DNA of 64,000 nucleotides from Dicyema japonicum (taxonomy: Eukaryota; Animalia; Dicyemida), in NCBI GenBank assembly GCA_011109175.1, contig RDEW01000078.1:9239-73238 (forward strand). The letters are read 5' to 3'. Shown in pieces: positions 1 through 9,823 of the stretch. Numbering within the stretch: position 1 is the first letter of the stretch; each line of letters opens with the position of its first letter. The notes under the pieces were generated by a model. The model saw only the letters and a list, made by a program, of their open reading frames with translations, had not been told where the DNA came from and searched no databases. The position numbers and the translations under genes are program-made.

Positions 1-81
1 AGATTTTTCGATAGCTATTGTCAGAAGAAACAGTCTAGCAATCCAAAAACCTTAGATTTACTTTGTGGTATATTAAAGTCA

Positions 82-240
82 TTTATTAAAGTCACAAGTC
101 CGAAGAATATGTTCAAATTTAACTATTACGGATTATTCATATCACCAGAAACTATTCTCGATACGAAATCATGAATTAACTGACGGAATCGTAAACACAG
201 TTAACTTCACCTCAAAAGAAATAACCGACATTAAATATTC
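82..240 (+). pseudogene. Fragment of a third protocadherin-like paralog (end of EC5 and start of EC6), frameshifted
   Basis: Reads FIKVTSPKNMFKFNYYGLFISPETILDTK(fs)...DGIVNTVNFTSKEITDIKYS. It aligns base for base with about 38514-38673 of the second paralog (ttattaaagtca...ccagaaactat.ctcgatacgaaa...tgacggaatcgtaaacacagtta...aagaaataaccgacat.aaatattc). The flanks are not cadherin. Confidence 0.85.
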
Positions 241-242
241 AA

Positions 243-337
243 GACAAGAAGTTTACGATCAAATAGTGAATTAGCGAAATTCAACACACAGACCATTCTC
301 ATATAAATGGCAAACTCACAAGCTCTTATTCTTCCAT
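243..337. repeat. Dispersed repeat shared with 42129-42222
   Basis: gacaagaa.tttacgatca.atagtgaattag.gaa.ttcaacacacagacca...aaactcacaagctcttattcttccat is present at both loci. Origin unclear, possibly a LINE fragment. Confidence 0.85.
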
Positions 338-727
338 AAAGTATGTTTGTCAAAATTTCTCCAATTTTTGTACCTGATGAAATTCGACGCTTAAATTCCG
401 TTATTTCTAATATCCACAAAAGAAATGGGGTCCAAGAAGATTTATTTATCTAGAGGAGACCACTTAACCTTCGGGTCAATAAACCACATCGTTATCCGTT
501 ATTTAACATTAGAGACATAAGAATCTCGGTGGCTCAAGTAACTTCACTGTGAATTGAAGAAGTCAAAGAGCAGAAAGGAAATCTTTCGACCAGAAGGCAT
601 ATATTGTTGTTCCCTTGCGATGAGGGGAAAGAACTCACTGCAATAAGAGCTGCAAAAGACAGCACTACAACTAGGATATCTGCTACAGATTTTCTCAGAA
701 TTTCCAAATCAGCAGGTACAAAAGATT

Positions 728-3124
728 ATTGTACATGAATATCTAAAAGAATTCAGCGGTTTCACATTTCGTTAATTATTCGATCGATTATGCCCAACAA
801 AAAAAGTAAGCACTCCAGCGTTACCATAAGCACGTATATTGCCTAGGGTTTCGCTCACACACACTTTATTTATGTAAAGAAAAGTTATTATAACTAATCG
901 TAGAGGGAGAACCAAGGAATGCTCTTTACTTTGTTTTTTTTCTTGTGTGTATGTCTTTTTAGACCATCCAGTTCCGCAATGAATCTCCACTGATGACAGC
1001 GTCACTTATCAAGCTCTATTCACCATAGATGAGTGGAATTTTTCACCAGGTAAACAGCAGCGGACAGCAGCGAGAATTGAACCCGTGACCTAAGCCACTT
1101 TGCCCGACACTTAACCACAATGCCGAACAACAATGAAAAATGTTAAAAAGCAATATCAACCTTCATAGAAAATCAATGAACCATAAAATTTTGCAGTAAC
1201 TGACAAAACAAAAATCATAAAAAGCGATGTGTAGTTATAATAAAAAAAATCACCATTTCAATAAAAATATAAAATTATTCCAAAAACCATGGTAAAACCA
1301 AAATAACAACTCATTGATCCTGACGCGTTCCAGCGATCTCAAACTTGCCTCCAGGTAAGAAATTGTATCCGGTAGAAAAAATTGCAAATTCTTTTCAACG
1401 CTGGCCAGGCATTAGACGTCTCCTTCGTAAGGTGGATCCAATGACGCCATCAGAGGAAAGGAAGATAATTTTTAAACCAATTATCAACATTGAACGACAT
1501 GACGACACGTGGCTTTATGTTTTTCAACGAAATGCGTATTAAAAATGATTCAATAATAAAATATTGATTGAACTTACTTTTGCCCTTGGTCTTTGGATAA
1601 TTTTTATTTATTTATTTTTAAAAATTTAATATTAGTTTATTTTTAAAAATTATTTTATTTTATGGTAAACCTATTATTATAATAAAGGTTTTGCTGCCAC
1701 GTTGTACCACATTTAGTGGTCGAATTTTCTGTCTCATTGTTTTTTATTGTCTGCAGATGATCTTCATTTATTAATTTATCTTCAAATGTATTTAAATCAG
1801 CCTATAGTGTGGTGAGTTGTTATCAAGATGTTGGAAATATTTTGGTGACCACAAAATTAGATTTTTCTTTTCTGCACTATTTACTGATATGTTTGTATTT
1901 TTTTTATTGGAAAGAAAATATATTTTTCGAGGCATTTAATCACTGAAGATGAAGCTGTTGATACATCCGGCAAAATTTTTTTATTTTTTCATTTATTTTT
2001 TACAGTACGAAAACCTTGTTGGAATCCTTGTTTTATGGAGATACGGAGAAACGACCAAGTATACAAGTTTTTCAATAATTTTTTCATAGCGCACATGTTA
2101 TGGAGATTGCATATATGAAGATCCCCTCCCTTTTGTTTTCTATCCTTCGATATTGGTTTGATATGCGAGTTGATAATCTATAATCAAAATACTGTCTAAG
2201 CTTTCTTTCCTAAACCATTGTTTAATCTACGAATAACATCTGCGAATGATGGCTTTCAAATTCCTACAACTTCAAATCCAAGTATATATTAATTAATAAC
2301 AAACAACCTCAATTGTTGTATTCAATTTTTTCACCATTTGCTCTATCCAATCCTGTGACGCTTACTCTTATAGATCTTCTATGTCCAGACGGTCTTCTCT
2401 GTGGGATTACTACCAGGTTTGATATTTAATATCCTGCCTTGATTCCCTCTCGTAGATACCAACGATATATAATATAGACGACTTCTTTATTCAACTGAAT
2501 CATTTATTGTAGACTTATGTTATGTTTCAGTCGATATAGAATCTTTTATTTTAATTTATTCACAAGATATGGGATATGATGTTTAAGATTATTTACTCAG
2601 TGGTCTATTCATGATTCAATAATAGTGGACCGTCTCCTGATAGTCTCTCCAAAAAGTTCAAATATTCTTCATTGTCTTGTTTGAATTTCATTCAAAATAT
2701 ACTGTCCTGGTGAGAAAAAAATAATAAAATACCAGTATTGTACACACGTGGGTTAATGTGGATTAAAGCTTTGCCATTTCTTTTGAACATTTTCAACATG
2801 TTTACTGAAAGTCATGAGGAGTATGTGATACCGGTAATCTAAAAGAATACTATGGATGAGTAACATGTTGTTATGGAAATGTCTTTATTCAAGAACTTCT
2901 GTGGGGACTCACTGTTCATTAATAAGAATGGTATCTTGCACGACCAAGGATATGTTTTCTTTATTTGTCGATACACAATTCCTTTATTTTTAAATTTACA
3001 AATTCTTTTCCATTGTTAGTGTGTATAATCTCGGTCTTCCAGACATTTCATCAACCAGATTTATTTGGGGTAGTTACCTCGAAAGCCGATTTGGTTGTTA
3101 AAGGTATCGTTGACAAAACTTGGA
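728..3124. repeat. Segmental duplication, copy A (copy B is 43714-47656)
   Basis: Continuous alignable sequence, roughly 85-90% identity by eye. Copy A has a private SINE insertion (801-1119) and copy B has a private LINE patchwork (about 44212-46357). Confidence 0.92.
801..1119 (-). mobile_element. tRNA-derived SINE, family A, with target-site duplication
   Basis: The minus-strand head has an A-box-like TGTGGTTAAGTG and a B-box-like GGGTTCAATTCT. It is flanked by atgcccaacaa (790-800) and atgccgaacaa (1120-1130). The empty site atgccaaacaa is present in the duplicate near 43776-43786. Confidence 0.85.
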
Positions 3125-3778
3125 TCTATTGGTTTGTGATTATCCATAATATCCCATAGAGTTCCAGGAGAAGTAAGTGATTTGGACTATTGTTCACAAT
3201 TTCTATTGAATCTTCGCTGAGAATAGAAGAATGAATATCATGAATAGTGGAATTAATAACAGCAGAGTGAATAGCGGAATTAATAACATTAGTGGAATTA
3301 TTGGCATTATTAGAGGACTTTTCAGTTTGGCTACGTGTTTGCACACAAATGTTTTCTTTATTTTCCTTTTCTGTTGTCTAAAAATTAATGATTTTATGGC
3401 CACATGGGAGTTATCCAAGAAATCCAGTCGGAAAGTGCCCGGTCCTCTGTGGCTCATTCTCATAGATCCGTATTGGTCATAGTATTGTGAAACAATTGCG
3501 ATTTTAATTTCATTCATATTAGAATTCACTGTAATTAATATAGTCTTGTTCTCTGAATGATCGGATTTCATTAGTTCATCCGTATATTTAGATATATCCT
3601 TGGGATCGTATTTTGTAATGGCATTCGGTGGTTTAACAAATTCAGCCTTATGAGGAGTCTTGTTCTCTGGAGAGAATGATTCAGCAGTAGCACTTCCCGG
3701 AGGACGAGAAGAGCTCTTCACTTTAGTGCTTTTTACTGGTTTTAATACAAGTATTTTGGTGTTTGTTTTCTTAACCAT
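2150..3778 (-). mobile_element. Stand-alone DDE integrase element A (Ginger/KRBA2-SCAND3/Polinton-like integrase), degenerate
   Basis: ATG at 3778, a 125-codon exon, a 26-nt GT-AG intron (3403-3378), then an in-frame exon leading into integrase remnants: W-I-I-T-N..D..SKFC, IPLTTKSAFEV, EIIHTNNGKEFVNLKIKELC, ILGRARYHS, and a C-terminal (G)DL-RVSVTGLDRAN motif near 2380. The core has multiple stops and frameshifts. Confidence 0.7.
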
Positions 3779-3873
3779 TTATTCTGTAGAACTCGAAAAT
3801 TGAAAAAAAATTGAAAAAAATGAAAATTAAAAAGAAAAATGAAAATTTTTTTTGACTTCTTATATTGAGGGGG

Positions 3874-3881
3874 TATTTATA
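3874..3881 (-). promoter_or_regulatory. TATA box candidate for integrase element A
   Basis: TATAAATA on the minus strand about 96 nt upstream of the ATG at 3778, with an AGTCA initiator-like sequence about 20-25 nt downstream. Confidence 0.45.
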
Positions 3882-5306
3882 GTGGGAAACGAGAATAATA
3901 TAAAATGAATGCCGGCGTTATCCATATCTCTTTTCGGGATAAGGTGAGCATCGTTCCATGTGACTTTCCTGGGTGAGACTTTTAGGCGGTTATCAAGAAC
4001 CAAAGACACAGATTTAATGTCTTTTGTGCGGACCGCCTCCTCGAATCTAAGATATTTTCCTCAATCATTAGCGTACGACGAAAAATTGAATTTTGGGTAA
4101 ATGGACAGAGGAGATCATCGATAAACACGTTAAATATTGTTAAAGATTCTAACAGACGATCTCCTTAGTTCTTTTAATTTTAGGCTGGACAAGATCCTAC
4201 GTTATCAAACACATCCTCTGTTCTAAACATCAGGTTTCCAATGTCTCTCAAGTCGTTACCCCGTCATCTTCACAAGAAGAAAAAAATCTTTCATTCCTCA
4301 TAAAGCTAAGCAGACAGTTCTTGCAATAATGACTTAACCACCTGAACTTCAAGTAAATTAACCACGTGGCTACATTATTAGAATTTTCCTATAAATTATA
4401 AATCCATACCACATAAAAACAAACTTGCTTGCTGATCAAATTACGATAGCAGTTCTCTTACATTATTATTGCCTTATAGTGGGCATAACCTTTCGTTCTT
4501 TGGTCTTCTAAGATAAACTAAATGATGGACCATTGGATACGCGAAAGGTGACTTGATCTATACTTGAGAAATCCGTTACATCTCTATTTACCGAGGACAA
4601 GAAAATGTCAATTCAAGTAAATTAGAAAACATTACGATTTAAGATTGACAAAAAATCCCTTGAGTGATTTCTGATACACATATGTGTGTCTCGTGGTATG
4701 TTGGAAATATGCTAAAGTAATGTGAGAAAAAATCAATCTGAAAAGCCTAACGGGGCGGGAACCATCTCGTTCTAAAAGCGATTACAAAAAAGGCTTTTGG
4801 AGTGACATTGAAGTGTCTACGGACAAAAAGATCATTATGTCGACATCATAATCAGAATGAATAACAGAGGAGGCTGATACAACGTGAACTTGACTACAAT
4901 GTGCTTTTGTAGGATCGAGGGAGGAACAGTCAGCCAAGATGAGAGCCTGGATTAAATTTGTGGGATTATGGCGACGTCACTAGTCAAGCCAAAGCATCAA
5001 CGAGATTTGAACTATGAGCCATCAGACCTTGTGTCCGGCACTCGTTACACAGCTCTGGTGATCAATCTATTATATATCTTTACTTTATTATTTAAAAAAA
5101 ACGGAATTACGATAAAAAAAACATGGTCATCTGCGGTGATCTGACAGTAAACACTCACATTGGCTCAGAACGTATAATGCAGACGGCCGAGGAGAATTCA
5201 TTTAAAGTTTCTTGGTAACCTGATCATCCCAAACAACCCAGATTCCATATAAGGATATCTCAAAAATACTGACAAACCCACATCCCCTGATATTAATTTA
5301 TGTTCA

Positions 5307-5495
5307 AAGAAGTACACATGCCTCGGCGAGCAGTACACATTTGAACCAGTCGCAGTCGAAACTTCGGGAGTCATAGGAAGCAGGTCGTTAGCCTTGCTCA
5401 ACAAAATTGGATCGTTAGTCGCGATAAAAGGAGGAGGGATGTCAGAGAGAAGGGCTGGCTCATTGAGCGTATCTCCTTACAGATCGTAAGGGGAT
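5307..5495 (+). mobile_element. CRE-like non-LTR retrotransposon, 3' restriction-like endonuclease fragment
   Basis: KKYTCLGEQYTFEPVAVETSGVIG...WLIERISLQIVRG matches the C-terminus of RLE-type elements and the copies at 30.6, 49.3 and 49.8 kb. Confidence 0.75.
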
Positions 5496-6960
5496 GTTTA
5501 AAAAAATTATGTTACCTCATTAATGGAATTATCCACTTTTAATATCCGTTTTGGTTTTTTTTGGTGACCGCAACCCAATTATTCCTTAAATGTCAGACTT
5601 GTGCGTACCTCCAAACGGGGAAATTCAAAAATTTTGCGAAACAAATTTCGTGATTTCATTAAGTACGTGGATTCTCAGCTTTCTGGGATGCAGATGACAG
5701 ATATAATGGTTGATAAAGCACCAAATATGCTTGACCAACTTTAAAACGGATGTTGTAGCTTCCCCTCCAATGCATGATAAACATAAACTCGCTAACAAGT
5801 TTATCAATTTTTTGTATCGATAAGTTACAAAAATTAGTCTTTTAGTATCAATTCTCTTCCTATTAATGCCAATATTCTTCACTGCCAAACAACTGCCTCG
5901 ATGGAGTATCTTCAAGTCATCTGAGGTACGTGTGGCCACAGTTTGATATTTACGAACATAAAACTCCTATATACAGTGTGTACACTCTACTTAACATCGA
6001 AGAATTATCATTATTATTTTAAAAATCAACTAAAAAGTTATCTCCTCGTCGCTTCTGCAACACCGTGAACCATCCTTCGTGTCCGATTCCTCACGCTTTC
6101 TTGAGAAGCCAATTTTTCAAAGACATGTTGGCGTGTGCATTTTCGAGTTTCAAATTTATTAATAATCAATATTTTGATTATGCAAATCATTTCATTGATT
6201 TTCAAATTCTTTCATTGTTCACACAAGACATTCCACAGTCCCTAAAGTCCGGGCCCAGAAACAGAAATCTGTGTTTTTCATAGTCATCATAAGTTCGTCG
6301 GATACTTAGTTTCCTGAAAGAATAATAGACACTTTTGCTTTCCCGGTGTGTGTAAATGAACATTCGAGAAATTACCTCCAAATTAAGCATCAATTTTAGA
6401 GAAAAGTCTGTCATTTTTTCCTGAGGTAAAGGTTTGATTTTCGAAGGTTGGTTAATATGTCGCGAGCGCTGAGAGTGATCGAGCGCAGTGGTTAATATAT
6501 AGTAAATTGGGTGTCAAATGGGGTATTAGATTAAAATAGTAGAAGGATCGGGAGGTGGTTGAAGATATTGTATGGTCGCATTTCTAAGTGATTTCCCAAC
6601 TACAGAATCTTCGTCTGTAAGTGGTCAATCGAGGTTTAAAAATCTCGATATACTTATCAAAGGTAAGTTTGACGTTCGAAGTGTAAATTTAAAAGCATTT
6701 TATCTTCTAAGTAAAGTTCGCTAATGTTGATTACAGAAGGGAGAGGGTTCTTTACGAATGCCTTTAACACCGTTTAAATTGCGCTTCAATCTATGGAGAA
6801 TTTTTCGGGGACATGCCTGGACTGACCCGAAGTCTCATCGTGAATAAAGTAACTTTCGATTTGGAGTCGGACACTGATAGCTGGTTGCCGCATAAGAAAA
6901 AACGATTGAAGTATATTTAAATATCTACAATGGTAGTTTCTACTAAATGGAGAATGATGT

Positions 6961-7286
6961 TAATAATAATAAAGCCTTTTCACGAGAGCCATAGTATTTA
7001 TAGCTCCGCATCGGCAGGACACACACTTTATTTAAGTAAAGAACAGTTAATTTTAACTAATCGTAGAACCAAGGAATGATCTTCACTTCTTTTTTTCTTT
7101 TTCTTGTGTGAGTGTCCTTTCTAGACAATCCAGTTCCGCACTGAGTATCCAGTGATGACGACTTCACTCGTCAAACCCTTTCTGCATCGTAGATACGTGG
7201 AACCTTCCACCAGGTGAACAGCAGCGAGATTCGAATCCGTAGCATAAGCCACTTAAGCCCTGTCACCTAACCACTAAGCCACCCGG
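6961..7286 (-). mobile_element. tRNA-derived SINE, family A
   Basis: Head with A box TGGCTTAGTGG and B-box-like GGATTCGAATCT. The body is shared with 801-1119 (cagttccgca...ccaggtgaacagcagcgaga). The 3' end is a (TTA)n tail. Confidence 0.85.
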
Positions 7287-8129
7287 CTGATGATAGTTAC
7301 CACCAAAAAAGCATAGATTGAGATCCACCCCTACAGTAATAGTTACATCCTCTCCATATTGTAAGAATAATATTTTACAATCATCGGTTATAGAAAAATG
7401 CATAAATAAGTCATTAGTATAGGGACAGTAAAGAGATTGTGGAATTCCATTTGGTACTAGTCAAAATCTTAACATTTTCTATAGTGAAATTTGAAGGCAC
7501 TGATTAATGCTTCCCCCGTATAAATCTGTCGTATAAACTTTTGTTAAAAGAACGCTCTAGATGAAGTAAAGGCCTTGTGCATGTTTATTGGAATTTTAGC
7601 GTTTTTTTCGAGATACAGAGCTGTAAGCAATTCTTCACTTCTAAAGACTAAGGTCATTGAGATTTCTGTCAGTCATTGCAACAATAGCCAGTATTTCCCA
7701 CCCATAAGGTCACGTGGTCAGTCAATCGTTAAGATATTAGCCATCACCTTCAAAAAGTGTTATCTGGAAAGCCGTGATCCATATTTGACTACTTTCACAA
7801 TCTACACTTAGTGAGAGTTCAGTAAAACGTTGCGTCAATAGTCAGTATTGCGCATGAGTGGGGTCACGTCGTCCAGTCAAGTCGTAATCAATTCCTCACT
7901 ACTTCCAGTAACGAAACTTTATGATACTCCAGTAAAGGTTGAGTCAATAGCAAGTTTTGCCGACGAGTAATTAGTCCACCTAATTCCATTCAAGGAAATA
8001 GAAAAGCATCAGATAAATTGGAAATAAATGAACTAATTTTGAAATGAGCTATGTTGTGGATAAATTAGAGTTTGAGAGGCTTAAGAGAGACTAATTCCAT
8101 ATACCTGACGTTACAAGCACTCCTGTTTA

Positions 8130-8390
8130 TAAATAAACCTCCTATTCCTATTCAACTTAAATGGTGTCATGTGATCAACTCATCTCAGGTGAGTACCAGG
8201 TTAGCATTTAAAAGGATCATTTTCTATCACCCACTCTATTGGAGGGGTTCCCACAGTTGCAAAGAATGGACATCTACCTTTTTTGACGGTTCCTGTGGAC
8301 TTTTATGTCATTGAGAGGACTCTGTTTATGTGACCGTAGGAACTGGATATATTAGTTGTTATTTGTTAACTTTTTTCTGTCTATCCAGAG
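8130..8390 (+). mobile_element. SINE family B (core gtcatgtgatc...aaaaggatc...actgga)
   Basis: Shares its core with the copies at 15835, 17040, 25990, 27420, 36000, 39175 and 40160. Confidence 0.65.
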
Positions 8391-8399
8391 TTAATAATA

Positions 8400-8530
8400 A
8401 TATATCCGTCATTGTGAGAACTTCTCCATTGATAGGAACTGGGAGACTCCTGAGGCAGACAGATCACATGACGCTTCTTATGAATTGTAGAATGCAGTTA
8501 TCGGAACAGAATCCTTCGACCAGGTTAATT
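8400..8530 (-). mobile_element. SINE family B partial copy, inverted relative to 8130-8390
   Basis: Reverse complement reads gcgtcatgtgatctgtctgcctcaggagtctccc, matching the 36000-36297 copy (gtcgtcatgtgatctcccagtctcaggagagac). Confidence 0.6.
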
Positions 8531-8599
8531 AACTCTTAACTTCTTTCTGGTATATCTGAGGTACTTAAATAAATAAAGTAAGGAATTTTAATATTGTTA

Positions 8600-9650
8600 C
8601 CTTATAAAGACCTTATAAAGACTTCCACCGACTTAACTGAGCCTTTCAAATTATGTCTCCATGAGCCTTGTGAACAATTTTTGTTATCAAATACAAGAAT
8701 GTTATCTGGTGTGGTAAGATCTACTGGTGAAAGAGATAGAGGCTTTTTAGTTCCATGTAATGAACACTATTAGCTATAAGAGATGATCTACACTGAAAAG
8801 CCTGTACATACCAATTTGGGTCCTCAAATATTTCAAGGTCATCCGTCACAACCTCACAAAACTTCTAATAAATTAATAAAGAACTTTGCTTATTGTAAAG
8901 ACTCTCAAATTCTAAGAGTTATAATTAATCAATCTTCTCCCTCCAAGATGTGTCCGGTTAAGGTTTTGAAAGCAGAAGGTAATACCCTGGAACGTTGATG
9001 ATTAGTTTTCCTATTAAGGAGTCTCAGCATGCTTCCTGGGATGTTGAGGAGAGTCAGAGTTATTAAAGACAGCCCTCTTGAATCTGCTGGTTGTAATCTT
9101 TAATCAAGCACAGTGTTTGGTGTTGAAGTCTTCCACAGAATCATGTTTTCGTGGTTTTTTTAAATTGAATAAGTTTAGCACAAATCCTTTTTAGGATAAT
9201 AATTGTGGATAGACGTAGATACTTTAATGTTGAGAGCTCCAAATCAGCTCGTAGTGGAAATTCAGGATATTTCTGTAGTCTTGTAGTATATTAATGATTG
9301 CAGTTTTGCGGAGATGTCAGTAAATCGAATATTATTCCTAATAATGATGATGAGACCCTTAACACAGCGGTTCGAGCAATCCATATAGATGAAGTGGTAT
9401 TCTGAAAAATTCTGGGTAGACGAGAATTGAGTAAGTATGTTTTTTTGGGATAAAATCAGGTCAATGTTCCGTTTGTTCAAGGAATTTTCTTTTGATTCTG
9501 TTGATATTTAAGAGACTGGATTAGAATCTATGAGAATTATTGGAATCCCATTCAGCCAACGAGGACTGAGAAGGGGAAGAGGCCATCGTCCAAAGAGTCT
9601 TTTTTCGGATAGCTGTTATCTAATGGTCTTTTTTCGCCGTGCATTACATG
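8600..9650 (-). mobile_element. LINE remnant, apurinic endonuclease region
   Basis: ORF 9262-9480 (NIDLILSQKN..TQF...Y...DC...KGLIIIIRNNIRF) resembles the APE N-terminus. Downstream sequence is decayed. Confidence 0.55.
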
Positions 9651-9823
9651 CAACCTAGGCTCCTCCTGAATTTTCACACATACTTAATTTATGATTTATT
9701 TTGATAGTTTATATTTAATTTTAATTTAATAAAAAAATTTAAATTACCAGATCTATGTGTAGTTATTCTTATTCATCCAATAATTCAACTTTTCACGTTA
9801 TACTATATGTTTGAGAAATTCTA

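Noticed and set aside
3231-3482. Plus-strand Asn/Ile/Gly-rich ORF
   Set aside because: It is the antisense shadow of the minus-strand integrase-element ORF and its short 27-nt internal repeat.
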